From assembly GCA_903854995.1 (NCBI GenBank), contig CAINXS010000065.1, positions 1-56,894 on the forward strand: DNA of 56,894 bases, read 5' to 3'. The notes under the pieces are model-generated. The model was not told the DNA's origin. It was given only the letters and a program-made list of their open reading frames with translations, and ran no database searches. Origin of the DNA: Candidatus Moraniibacteriota bacterium. GTDB lineage: Bacteria > Patescibacteriota > Minisyncoccia > Moranbacterales > UBA1568. Shown here piece by piece: positions 10,364 through 19,648 of this stretch (its first letter is position 1; each line of letters starts with the position of its first letter). A program made the position numbers and the translations under genes.

Positions 10364-11386
10364 TCAGTTACCAGACAGAATCGGCATCGCCGCACCGGAA
10401 CCGGCAGCATTAAGGTTCACGTTCACCTGTTGCCGCACACCGGACGTATATGCCGCCCCGCGTCCCAACTGCCTGTTCACGACGTCCACCTGACTCATGA
10501 TCTGACTGTCAACGTTCGAAATTTCACGCTGAATCGATGCCTGCACCTTACCGAGGCCGTTCTGTATCAAATTCGTTATCATGCGATTCGCCAGCGTCGT
10601 AATCACCCCTCCGACCAGCTCCGTAGGATTCTGCGCCGCCGCAATCACCTTGTTGCCGATATCCTGAACATCCGCGACCATCTGGCCGATAGTGCTGCCT
10701 GGTAAAATCGTATTACCCGCCTTATCCTGCACTCCTTTATATCCCGACGACGTCGCCTTCAATTGGGCTTCGGTCTGATATTGTGCGTCCGCACCCATCT
10801 TGAACCTCTCGGCACGAAGCGCATACCCCAAGGGGTCGCTTTCTGACGAATACATCGCCGAAATCACCCGTATGTCTCCCGCGTCGACTGACTTGATCGG
10901 ATCCGAACTCAGCTCTCCAAGCAGCGTCGTCGAGCTATTCAAAAGATTCGTATCTAACACATGACGATCGCTGAACTTTTCAAGGTACGACTCGTACGAA
11001 GGACCTCCGGATGCCGATGAAAATCCGCTTGAGCGACCCTTTAAAGTGGCCGATTTGAATCCATCATATGCGAGGAGCGCTTTCTGTCCCGGCTCCTGGT
11101 AGAGGTATGCTCTCCAGTCGGATATGACCAGAGATGCGCTTGTCGATGAACCTCCCACAAGACTCGCAACACGGGTATTCAGCAACGATATGGCAGTCGA
11201 CTTCAGCACGCCAAGAAGCTGGCCTTCTATCTGCTTCTGTATCTTCTCCAGCATCTGTTTCAGAATGGCAGCCTCGAAGTCCTCGCCCCATGCGCCGGCA
11301 TGAACGAACGACGGCATCAGCGTGCAGTACGAAACCGCAATTAGGGCGATCAGCGAGTACAACCGTTTGATTTTCATGCTTTTCAT
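10364..11386 (-). CDS. Hypothetical secreted protein
   Basis: 340 aa with a signal-peptide-like N-terminus (MKSMKIKRLYSLIALIAVSYCTLMPSFVHA). Ser/Gln-rich, with a predicted helical N-terminal part. No family recognised. Confidence 0.55.
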   Translation of the reverse strand: MKSMKIKRLYSLIALIAVSYCTLMPSFVHAGAWGEDFEAAILKQMLEKIQKQIEGQLLGVLKSTAISLLNTRVASLVGGSSTSASLVISDWRAYLYQEPGQKALLAYDGFKSATLKGRSSGFSSASGGPSYESYLEKFSDRHVLDTNLLNSSTTLLGELSSDPIKSVDAGDIRVISAMYSSESDPLGYALRAERFKMGADAQYQTEAQLKATSSGYKGVQDKAGNTILPGSTIGQMVADVQDIGNKVIAAAQNPTELVGGVITTLANRMITNLIQNGLGKVQASIQREISNVDSQIMSQVDVVNRQLGRGAAYTSGVRQQVNVNLNAAGSGAAMPILSGN

Positions 11387-11411
11387 ACGGGCTGCGGATA
11401 TGCGTATCGAA

Positions 11412-12413
11412 CTAAAGATCCAACGGGATGTTCGTTATCTCATACTTGGAAAGCTTCGTCTGCACATCGAGAACGAAACCTCCGACCACGTTCAGCAATC
11501 CCTGAATGCGAGACAGCGACCTAATCGTCTTAATCGGATCGTCTGCCGATGACGCACCAACCTCTTCCTTCATCTGCGAGAGATATGTCACGATTTTCAG
11601 CGCTTTCACATGAGTGTCCAGCATCGCCTCAGGAACCTCGACTTCGTTCACCTGTTCGAGCATTTTCGAACCGCATTCGACGTAGGAATCGATTTTGGAA
11701 AAATCCCCCATCGACACGGCAAGTATGGCCTCATCGGCGAATCCCTCCGATACAACCTTCAATTCGTCCTCCGTTTTGAATTGCTTCGGCGAGTTGCTCG
11801 CAAAAATGTACGAAATGGTCGTAAGATATTCAACTATGTCCTCTCTTATTCGCGCTTCGCGTTTTGACTTCGAAAGCCCGGTGTAGGATTGATCCTTCAT
11901 CTTGATAAGACTCATGTCTATATCCGGAAGAATGATTTCTTCAGAATCTCCGCCGGAAACTTCCTGAACGATACCGTTAAGCTCTTCAAGCGAAACCTCG
12001 GACATGCCGTCCGCGTTAGTTTGAGAGTTTTGAACGATGACTGCCAGTTTTTCCGATACCGCTTCAGTAAGGTTGTCCCCGCCTTTTCCGTTAGCAACAT
12101 TTTCAAATCCGGCACCGACTTCCGGAACTATCTTGTCGCCAGGCGCTTTCTTCAGCGGGTTGTATCCACCTCGCACCTCCACGCCGTCAGCGTATCCATC
12201 TCCATCTGTGTCCTTATTCGACGGGTCGGTCCCATAAAGACGCTCCTCGGCGGTCGTGAGTCCATCCTGATCGGGATCATCAACGATATTTTGCCCGATC
12301 ATCTCCTGCGCGGAAGAAATGAAAAATCTGTAACCGACAAAAAGGAGCACGAACAAAAAAGCGAAGTCCTTTTTGAGACCGCCTTGTGCGTTTTTTCTCA
12401 TCACGTTTCGCAT
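11412..12413 (-). CDS. Hypothetical membrane-anchored or secreted protein with thrombospondin-type-3-like Ca-binding repeats
   Basis: 333 aa. N-terminal TM helix (FAFLFVLLFVGYRFF), then DPDQDGLTTAEERLYGTDPSNKDTDGDGYADGVE (DxDxDG repeats). Confidence 0.55.
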   Translation of the reverse strand: MRNVMRKNAQGGLKKDFAFLFVLLFVGYRFFISSAQEMIGQNIVDDPDQDGLTTAEERLYGTDPSNKDTDGDGYADGVEVRGGYNPLKKAPGDKIVPEVGAGFENVANGKGGDNLTEAVSEKLAVIVQNSQTNADGMSEVSLEELNGIVQEVSGGDSEEIILPDIDMSLIKMKDQSYTGLSKSKREARIREDIVEYLTTISYIFASNSPKQFKTEDELKVVSEGFADEAILAVSMGDFSKIDSYVECGSKMLEQVNEVEVPEAMLDTHVKALKIVTYLSQMKEEVGASSADDPIKTIRSLSRIQGLLNVVGGFVLDVQTKLSKYEITNIPLDL

Positions 12414-12589
12414 AGAAATTTTGTTTTCACTATTGTATCATTTTTTTTGTATCGGTACAATTTTTGTAAAGATTTGATCAGAATGATTCTGCTACGTATT
12501 TCCCTGAAACGTTGAGAATTAATTTCCTTTATATTTGATCGTGTATTTACAGTGCAATATTTGTACATATATGTCAATACTCAAATTAT

Positions 12590-13180
12590 TGTTCCACGTG
12601 GAACAGTGAAACGATTTTTTTTTCTTGTGCGATTTTGGTTCATAATTGATTTGTTACACGTGGAACATTGCTTGATCCGATTGTTGGTTTTTTTGTCACC
12701 TTACGGTTCTGTTTCACGTGGAACATTATATTCACTTAAATTCTCGTGTGCTAACTGTTTCACGTGGAACTTGTGGTTAACGCAATGCTATTATTTTGTC
12801 CATTTTTTTAAATTATTCTTTTCTTAGCTTTCTAATTAAGCATTTATAAATTATCACTATTGAAACATGGTTAGGGTTACTGTTCCACATGGAACAAATT
12901 CATCGAAATTTTAATGTTCCACGTGAAACAACTTATATTTCTTATTACTCATTCTGAATTCCTTCAATTTGTTTCACGTGGAACAGATTGGGTTCCCTTA
13001 AGTAACTTCGACGAATATATTGTTTCACGTGGAACACAGGAAAGCAGGAAATTATGACATATGAGAAACAGTGTTCCACGTGGGACAGCAAACTGAATCG
13101 ACACAGACATTCAAGCCGTTCTAAGTAGAGCAGAAAGCTCGATTAGCAGTATATATTCAAATCGTGTTCCACGTGGAACA
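12590..13180. repeat. Array of 10 parS-like 16-bp palindromes (candidate centromere)
   Basis: Sites: 12590-12605 TGTTCCACGTGGAACA; 12652-12667 TGTTACACGTGGAACA; 12710-12725 TGTTTCACGTGGAACA; 12756-12771 TGTTTCACGTGGAACT; 12881-12896 TGTTCCACATGGAACA; 12915-12930 TGTTCCACGTGAAACA; 12970-12985 TGTTTCACGTGGAACA; 13021-13036 TGTTTCACGTGGAACA; 13072-13087 TGTTCCACGTGGGACA; 13165-13180 TGTTCCACGTGGAACA. They match the canonical ParB site TGTTNCACGTGAAACA at 14-16 of 16 positions. The surrounding 12414-13282 is AT-rich and has no credible ORF. Confidence 0.8.
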
Positions 13181-13209
13181 AATATTGACTTTAGTAACGT
13201 TTCGTGCTG

Positions 13210-13218
13210 TGGTATAAT
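13210..13218 (+). promoter_or_regulatory. Extended -10 promoter element (TGGTATAAT) upstream of tRNA-Ala
   Basis: TGnTATAAT match 65 nt upstream of the tRNA-Ala 5' end. Confidence 0.5.
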
Positions 13219-13282
13219 CTATTGAGATTTAATACCTGTTTGACGCAAAATAGTATTACCTATATCATTTACGTGATGATGC

Positions 13283-13355
13283 GGGCCTGTAGCTTAGTTG
13301 GTAGAGCGCCTCCATGGCATGGAGGAGGTCAGGAGTTCGAGTCTCCTCAGGTCCA
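13283..13355 (+). tRNA. tRNA-Ala (anticodon GGC)
   Basis: Acceptor GGGCCTG/CAGGTCC with the G3:U70 Ala identity pair. Anticodon stem CCTCC/GGAGG with loop ATGGCAT. T arm AGGAG-TTCGAGT-CTCCT. Discriminator A. Confidence 0.9.
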
Positions 13356-13420
13356 CAAGCATATCGAATACACGAAATGACGCTTTCATAAAGCTCATTT
13401 TTCATCAGCGTGCCCATAAT

Positions 13421-13492
13421 GCCTCGATAGCTCAATGGATAGAGCGAATCCGTCCTAAGGATGAGATCTAGGTTCGATTCCTAGTCGGGGCA
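13421..13492 (+). tRNA. tRNA-Arg (anticodon CCT)
   Basis: Acceptor GCCTCGA/TCGGGGC, D arm GCTC-AATGGATA-GAGC, anticodon loop GTCCTAA, T arm CTAGG-TTCGATT-CCTAG, discriminator A. Confidence 0.85.
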
Positions 13493-13610
13493 CATAGAAC
13501 ACATAGCACCCCGAGATGCCGGTTCAGAAAAAGGGGCGCGACGACCACCGGATAACGACCTTTGACAAATACGCCGGATTAAACCACAATGAAATGATTC
13601 ATTCCGAAAC

Positions 13611-13943
13611 ATGTCTCACCGAATACTGCAGATAAACGAACTCATACGCGAGCACCTCGGAGAAATACTTCTCCGCGAAGTGAGTTTTAAGTCTGGAATA
13701 CTGGTAACTATCTCGAAAGTCGACACCACGCCGGACCTGCGCCACTCGCGCGTATCGATCAGCATATTTCCGGAAAGTGAGACGGGGTACGCTATCGGAA
13801 CACTTTCTCATGAAAAGGGGAGGATTCAAAAAGCGCTTCACGGGAAACTTCACATGAAATTCCTTCCCATACTTTCCTTTCGCGCAGATCCGACAGAACA
13901 AAATGCCGACGTAATCGAACGAATCCTCATAGAGCTGAAATAA
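13611..13943 (+). CDS. rbfA: Ribosome-binding factor A
   Basis: 110 aa. INELIREHLGEILLREV...VTISKVDTTPDLRHSRVSISIF is the typical RbfA pattern. Confidence 0.85.
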   Translation: MSHRILQINELIREHLGEILLREVSFKSGILVTISKVDTTPDLRHSRVSISIFPESETGYAIGTLSHEKGRIQKALHGKLHMKFLPILSFRADPTEQNADVIERILIELK

Positions 13944-13970
13944 GGGATTGTTCGAAGTTATACACAGGTT

Positions 13971-14936
13971 ATGCGCGATTACTCATCGGAATTCAGAAAC
14001 CTGAACTACGTAATCCGCAATGCGGACAGGTTTTTGCTGTTTGCGCACACCCGCCCCGATTCCGACACGGTTGGGGCAAATATCGCGCTGCAGGAGTTCA
14101 TCGAAATGCAGGGGAAACAAGCCGACATCTGCTGTGTCGATGCATTTCCGGAATTTGCGAAAGCGCTATTTCCTGGCTCCACCTTCAACGCTCCTTCTGC
14201 GCTCGATTTCACCTCATATGACGCATATATCGCGTCAGACAGCGTCAATCGCGGCTTTAATACCGTTCGTGATCGCATATCTTCGGAAAAGATCGTGGCA
14301 TTGATCGACCATCATCCGATCGAAGATCCTGAAGGGGACATCGTCATCATCGATACCGGCTTCTCTTCCGCGGCCGAAATCGTGTATCAGTTCATAAAGA
14401 GCACCAAAACGAAACTTAGCCATCGAATGGCAACGGCACTGTTACTCGGTATACTCGGAGATACGGGGAATCTTCAACATTCATCCACGACACCCGAAAC
14501 GTTCGCGGCTGCCGCATCTCTCATCCGCAGCGGCGCCCAACTGCCGAAGATTACGACGAGCGTCTTTTCCAACAACTCCATATCCACGCTGAAGCTGTGG
14601 GGCAGGGCGTTATCGCGGGCAAAGATCAACCCGAGCAACGGAATGATATACTCCGCGATAACGGAGAAGGACATCATCGAGCTTGGAAATCCCTCCACGG
14701 AGGATCTGTATATCGCATCGGCACTTCTGAACAATGTGCCCGATGCCAAGTTTTCACTGCTGTTCTATCAGATTTCGCCCGATTCCGTGCGCGGAAGCTT
14801 ACGCACCGAGCCGCATAAGGGAGTCGACGTCTCGAACATCGCACAGTCACTCGGAGGGGGAGGGCACAAGTACGCGAGCGGCTTCGAGATTCCTGGACGA
14901 ATCATAGAGACGGCCGAGGGCTGGGAAGTCCGATAA
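13971..14936 (+). CDS. nrnA: DHH/DHHA1 phosphoesterase (NrnA-type oligoribonuclease / pAp phosphatase)
   Basis: 321 aa with intact motifs: HTRPDSDTVGA (DxD), LIDHHP (DHH), GGGGHKYASG (GGGH). Confidence 0.85.
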   Translation: MRDYSSEFRNLNYVIRNADRFLLFAHTRPDSDTVGANIALQEFIEMQGKQADICCVDAFPEFAKALFPGSTFNAPSALDFTSYDAYIASDSVNRGFNTVRDRISSEKIVALIDHHPIEDPEGDIVIIDTGFSSAAEIVYQFIKSTKTKLSHRMATALLLGILGDTGNLQHSSTTPETFAAAASLIRSGAQLPKITTSVFSNNSISTLKLWGRALSRAKINPSNGMIYSAITEKDIIELGNPSTEDLYIASALLNNVPDAKFSLLFYQISPDSVRGSLRTEPHKGVDVSNIAQSLGGGGHKYASGFEIPGRIIETAEGWEVR

Positions 14937-14956
14937 ATCGTTGTTTTGCACCGGTT

Positions 14957-15559
14957 ATGCACGATCCGATCCGAAACATCAAGGAATCGCTGCTTTCAGA
15001 CCTTAACGAGCGCATGTCGACCGAGTGCACATGCACTTTGAAGGAAACTGCCACGCGGCCGGTCCCGGGAGACGGGTCTGCCTGCGCGACTATCCTTCTT
15101 ATCGGTGAGGCTCCCGGAAAGAACGAAGACCTCCAGGGAGTTCCTTTCGTCGGGGCGGCCGGCAAGTTTCTTGATGAGATGCTCGCTTCCATCGGGCTTG
15201 ATAGAAAGGACATCTATATCACCAATATCGTAAAATACCGCCCACCGGACAATCGTGACCCGCTTCCGCAGGAAATAGAGGACTGCGCCGAGTGGCTTCA
15301 CGAACAGATCGGCATCATAGACCCCTTGCTCATCGTAACGCTCGGTCGGCACGCGATGAACCACTTCTTTCCCGATAAGAAGATAACTGAAGCTCACGGA
15401 AACGCATATCGACGCGAATTTCCCGCGGGCCGTAGCCAGGTGTTCTATACCCTGTATCATCCTGCGGCAGCACTCTACAACGGCGGCATGAGAGATACGT
15501 TGAAACAGGATTTCTTGCGCATCCCCAAGGTACTCGAAAAGTTACGAAGTGGTGCATAA
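14957..15559 (+). CDS. Uracil-DNA glycosylase, family 4
   Basis: 200 aa. LLIGEAPGKNEDLQGVPFVGAAGKFLDEML and the HPAA motif are characteristic of family-4 UDG. Confidence 0.88.
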   Translation: MHDPIRNIKESLLSDLNERMSTECTCTLKETATRPVPGDGSACATILLIGEAPGKNEDLQGVPFVGAAGKFLDEMLASIGLDRKDIYITNIVKYRPPDNRDPLPQEIEDCAEWLHEQIGIIDPLLIVTLGRHAMNHFFPDKKITEAHGNAYRREFPAGRSQVFYTLYHPAAALYNGGMRDTLKQDFLRIPKVLEKLRSGA

Positions 15560-15698
15560 GTCGAGGACAACTCGCAAAATGCCTGATTTCTGCCGTTTTT
15601 GTTGACGCTCTTTGCGGATTCTGGTACCGTGAAAATACTTTCGTCTGTTTTATTCCATCCGAGCAGTCGGCTCAGACGAAAGGTTCGTATACACAGAT

Positions 15699-15769
15699 GG
15701 TCCGATGGCCGAGTGGTTAGGCACGGGTCTGCAAAACCCTTTACGGCGGTTCAATTCCGCCTCGGACCT
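15699..15769 (+). tRNA. tRNA-Cys (anticodon GCA)
   Basis: Acceptor GGTCCGA/TCGGACC, anticodon loop CTGCAAA, T arm GGCGG-TTCAATT-CCGCC, discriminator U73 as expected for Cys. Confidence 0.85.
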
Positions 15770-15828
15770 CACAGAATATCCGTTATAGACGACCTGAAGC
15801 GCGATCGTGGAGATTATTGCAATACATT

Positions 15829-15911
15829 GCCGCGGTGGTGGAACTGGTAGACACAGGAGACTTAAAATCTCCCAGCCAAAAGCTATGCGGGTTCGACTCC
15901 CGCCTGCGGCA
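15829..15911 (+). tRNA. tRNA-Leu (anticodon TAA), class II with long variable arm
   Basis: Acceptor GCCGCGG/CTGCGGC, anticodon stem GGAGA/TCTCC with loop CTTAAAA, long variable arm, T arm GCGGG-TTCGACT-CCCGC. Confidence 0.88.
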
Positions 15912-15976
15912 CTCAAACGATTTATTCGATGATTACTCGTGGCAAAGCGCCCCCCTTGAGATCTCGTACGAAACAG

Positions 15977-18778
15977 ATGGCTTTTCTTCCTTCCGATACC
16001 ACGCGATGTACGGATTTGCGATGCGAATACGCTTCAAACCCGATCGGCATCGATTCAAAGCGACCGCGACTCAGCTGGCGAATGGAATCGTCTCGACGCG
16101 ACACGCGCCAGCAAGCCTACCAGATACGGGTATCCGCATCGAAGAGAGCACTGACGGCAGGGTCTGCGATCGTATGGGACTCGGGCAAAGTCATGTCCGA
16201 CAGATCGACGCACATCACGTATGGAGGACCGCCTCTCGTTTCCAGGCAGGCGTATTATTGGAGCGTCCGAGTGACCGATAATCACGGCGACACTTCGGAT
16301 TGGAGCGATGTCGCCACATGGGAAATGGGACTGTTGCTTACCGAAGACTGGAAAGCCCTTTGGATACAGCCGATCGAATCATCCCGCTCCGGCGACAGGC
16401 CGGCCCAACTCCTGCGAAGTTCGTTCGAAATTCCCGATAAGGAGATCGTTTCTGCGCGATTGTATGTGACGAGTCATGGCACCCATGAAGCCTCTATCAA
16501 CGGGACGACCGTCGGAGAAGACGTCTTCGCGCCTGGCTTCACCAGTTATCACGACCGTCTACAATACAGGACTTGGGACGTCACAAACCTGCTGCATCGG
16601 GGTGAAAACGTCGTCGGCCTGATGATCGGAGACGGTTGGTATCGAGGCAAGCTGACCATCATGTCGCTTCGCGACGTCTATGGAGACGCGCTTGCCGCAC
16701 TCGCCCAAATCAATGTCTCTTTTGTCGACGGAAGTACGCACATATTTTCTACCGGGGCCGATTGGCGGTCATCAACGAGTCCGATACTCAGATCGGACAG
16801 TAAAGACGGCGAAATCTTCGATGCAAGACGATGCCTTGACGGATGGAACTCCGCAGATTTCGACGATGCCGGATGGAAGCCGGTCATGATCGCCGACTTT
16901 GGAACCAAGAATCTTGTCGCTTCCTTATCGCCTCCCGTCAAACGGCATGAACAGATTCGTCCGATACAGCTATTTCGAACTCCTAATGATCAATTGGTCG
17001 CCGACTTCGGCCAAAATCTCGCGGGACGGGTACGAATCAGGGTAAGAGGAGAAAGGGGGACGGTGATGCGACTGCGTCATGGTGAAACGCTCGACGCGAA
17101 CGGTAATTTTTCGATTTCCAATCTTCAGCCGACAGCGCCCGGAGTCGCGCCCTGCCTGCAGGAAGATATATACATCCTGAGGGGCGAAAATGAGGAAACA
17201 TACGAGCCGACTTTCTCGATTCACGGATTCAGATACGTGGAAATCGAAGGGTGGCCGGGCGAACCGTCGGAAGATGACCTTGTCGCAATCGCAATCTATT
17301 CCAATCTTGAACGGACGGGGACATTCGAGTGCTCCGACCCGCGGATTAACCGCCTCCATGAAAACATCGTTTGGAGCATGAAAAGCAATTCCGTCGACAT
17401 TCCGACGGATTGCCCCACCAGAGAGCGGGCGGGGTGGACTGGAGATGTCCAAATTTTCGCGAGTTCGGGTGCGTACCTTATGAACACCGCAGCTTTTCTC
17501 GAAAAATGGCTGCTTGACCTCGCCGCAGACCAAAGATCGAACGGCCTGATTCCGAATACCGTCCCCGATGCGGGCCGATACAAACCATCGGCACTATCGG
17601 AAATCACGGAAGGATCAGCCGGCTGGGGAGATGCTTCCGTCATCGTCCCCTGGACACACTTCCAGTTTTTCGGCGATGTCAACGTACTGGAAAATCAGTA
17701 CGAGAGCATGAAAAAATGGATCGACTTCGGAATAATGCGTTCCAAAAGAGGAAGCCTGGCGAGTAAGATGAACCCTGTGCTTCACATGGATGCCGATCGG
17801 CTGCATCGGCAGCCGTATATACTGAACAGCGGCTACCATTGGGAAGAGTGGCTCGCGCCCGGAGAAAGGAAAAAGACGTCGTGGAATATGGCGAGGAATG
17901 TCCTCACTAATAGAAAATCCGAATCAATGGTTGCAACGGCATACTTGGCGCATTCGACAGATCTCCTCGTTCGAATCGCGCGGATCTTAGGCAGGCATGA
18001 TGATTGCGACAAGTATGCCGCCATCAATGACAATATACGGAACGCCTTTGTCGAAGAATTCACCAGCGACGAATTGCTTGATCCGGATACCCAATCGGCA
18101 TATGTTCGAGCACTTGCATTTGATCTTCTTCCGGAACGCGTACGCCTTCGCGCCGCAGAACGGCTCGTCGAGTTGATAAAGGAAAAAGGGTGCCATCTGG
18201 ACACCGGATTCCTTTCAACTCCGTTCATCTGTCCGGTCCTCGACAGATACGGATATGCCGACCTTGCCTATGAACTCCTATTGCAGGACTCGTATCCCTC
18301 CTGGCTCTATGCCATCGGTAAAGGAGCGACAACCGTTTGGGAGAGCTGGGATGCGATCGATGAATCCGGAAATGTCCACGGATCTCTCAACCACACGGCT
18401 TTCGGATCGATCGCATATTTTCTTTATCAATCGGTCGCAGGCATATCGCCCGATCCGGATAAGCCGGGCTTTCAGCATTTCATTCTTCAGCCGAATCCGA
18501 ATGATAGACTTACGTATGCCGCAGCGACATACCGATCTTTACACGGAACAATAGCTTCCCGTTGGGAAATCAGCGAAAATCAGTTCACGTATCGCGTCAG
18601 CATACCGCCGAACACTTCCGCGACGGTAATATTGCCGACAAAAAATGCTGACATGATAACCGAAGGCGGCAAACCCATTCTGCAACACGATGAAATCCGC
18701 GTCCTCAGCAGTGAGCCGGATGATGTAACATTACGTGTCGGATCCGGCCATTATGTTTTTGACGCGAAGGCCGCGTGA
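15977..18778 (+). CDS. Alpha-L-rhamnosidase (GH78 family)
   Basis: The ORF is open from 15929. The ATG at 15977 gives MAFLPSDTTRCTDLRCEYASNPIGIDSKRPRLSWRM, the typical GH78 N-terminal signature. At ~930 aa it has the architecture of bacterial rhamnosidases (N-terminal beta-sandwich domains plus an (alpha/alpha)6 catalytic domain motif, WESWD). Confidence 0.85.
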   Translation: MAFLPSDTTRCTDLRCEYASNPIGIDSKRPRLSWRMESSRRDTRQQAYQIRVSASKRALTAGSAIVWDSGKVMSDRSTHITYGGPPLVSRQAYYWSVRVTDNHGDTSDWSDVATWEMGLLLTEDWKALWIQPIESSRSGDRPAQLLRSSFEIPDKEIVSARLYVTSHGTHEASINGTTVGEDVFAPGFTSYHDRLQYRTWDVTNLLHRGENVVGLMIGDGWYRGKLTIMSLRDVYGDALAALAQINVSFVDGSTHIFSTGADWRSSTSPILRSDSKDGEIFDARRCLDGWNSADFDDAGWKPVMIADFGTKNLVASLSPPVKRHEQIRPIQLFRTPNDQLVADFGQNLAGRVRIRVRGERGTVMRLRHGETLDANGNFSISNLQPTAPGVAPCLQEDIYILRGENEETYEPTFSIHGFRYVEIEGWPGEPSEDDLVAIAIYSNLERTGTFECSDPRINRLHENIVWSMKSNSVDIPTDCPTRERAGWTGDVQIFASSGAYLMNTAAFLEKWLLDLAADQRSNGLIPNTVPDAGRYKPSALSEITEGSAGWGDASVIVPWTHFQFFGDVNVLENQYESMKKWIDFGIMRSKRGSLASKMNPVLHMDADRLHRQPYILNSGYHWEEWLAPGERKKTSWNMARNVLTNRKSESMVATAYLAHSTDLLVRIARILGRHDDCDKYAAINDNIRNAFVEEFTSDELLDPDTQSAYVRALAFDLLPERVRLRAAERLVELIKEKGCHLDTGFLSTPFICPVLDRYGYADLAYELLLQDSYPSWLYAIGKGATTVWESWDAIDESGNVHGSLNHTAFGSIAYFLYQSVAGISPDPDKPGFQHFILQPNPNDRLTYAAATYRSLHGTIASRWEISENQFTYRVSIPPNTSATVILPTKNADMITEGGKPILQHDEIRVLSSEPDDVTLRVGSGHYVFDAKAA

Positions 18779-18859
18779 TACGGATTTGAGACTGTCAGGC
18801 GGTCATGCCAAATCGCAAGAAGATTCTGGCCGGACTTTCATGATTTCGTTTTTGTCACC

Positions 18860-18887
18860 AAAACGCCCCGATTGCTCGGGGCGTTTT
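18860..18887. terminator. Bidirectional intrinsic terminator
   Basis: AAAACGCCCCG-ATTGCT-CGGGGCGTTTT lies between the convergent rhamnosidase and 3D-domain genes. Confidence 0.8.
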
Positions 18888-18901
18888 CAGTCTTATCCTG
18901 A

Positions 18902-19480
18902 TCAGTCGGTAACCACCTCCGCTATCATGTTGCGACGTCCGAAGGCGAACGCCTCTTTCTTCGTTTCCATGTAGACATCGAAATGGTTTCCCTTGATGGC
19001 ACCTCCTCGGTCCTCGCATCGGAATGTACCGAATCCCTCGATTGCGATCTTGGCGCCGAACGGGTAGGCCGGGGGACATGCCAGCGTCCTGTTGGCAGCA
19101 ACCTTGAGTCCCGAGGCCGTTATGCCTCTGGAATTTCCGCATTCATCTGCCGAGGCGGTATATGCGGACGCGTTGATCTCGAATTTCCCTTCCGGGAGAC
19201 CGCTCCAACGTTCGATCTGCTTTTCTTTCCAGCGCTCGAGGATGATGTCCTCCGTACTTTTCACCCCTTCGTCCTTCGACATCGAATTGCTTGTCGAAAG
19301 TGTTGAGCGTATCCCCTCAAGTGAGAACGGATTTCGCCCAATCACGCTTTTGTTAGTCGCGGTACTTCTGAATATCTCGTAATGAACGTCAACCGCTTGA
19401 ACAATCGACGTTTCGGCATGCGCGGCGTTCGTCCAGAACAGGATAACAGGAAGGACGAACGCCAGACGTTTACCACTCAT
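18902..19480 (-). CDS. 3D-domain (RlpA/MltA-like double-psi beta-barrel) cell-wall protein
   Basis: C-terminus ASAYTASADECGNSRGITASGLKV...FRCEDRGGAIKGNHFDVYMETKKEAFAFG matches the 3D domain. The ORF is open to 19546, but the ATG at 19480 gives the signal-peptide start MSGKRLAFVLPVILFWTNAAHA. Confidence 0.75.
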   Translation of the reverse strand: MSGKRLAFVLPVILFWTNAAHAETSIVQAVDVHYEIFRSTATNKSVIGRNPFSLEGIRSTLSTSNSMSKDEGVKSTEDIILERWKEKQIERWSGLPEGKFEINASAYTASADECGNSRGITASGLKVAANRTLACPPAYPFGAKIAIEGFGTFRCEDRGGAIKGNHFDVYMETKKEAFAFGRRNMIAEVVTD

Positions 19481-19648
19481 ATCGTAAGTATAGTGCTTAT
19501 CCAAGCCCTCCAGCTTGAGTAACGACCAAATCTGCCTCAGTCGCAACGGTACAATATAGCATACTTATAAGATGCTGTCAATACTTCTTTGACGAAAGTC
19601 ATGCTACACCATCATCAGATGCATCTTCAACGCAAACAGGAGTCGACC

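Noticed and set aside
12552-12827. 91-aa ORF and the idea that 12.5-13.2 kb is a CRISPR array
   Set aside because: The ORF lies in AT-rich DNA and is simply spanned by the palindromes. CRISPR was rejected because the repeats are only 16 bp and perfectly palindromic. Spacing is irregular (18-109 bp between repeats), there is no leader or cas genes, and the sequence equals the ParB parS consensus.
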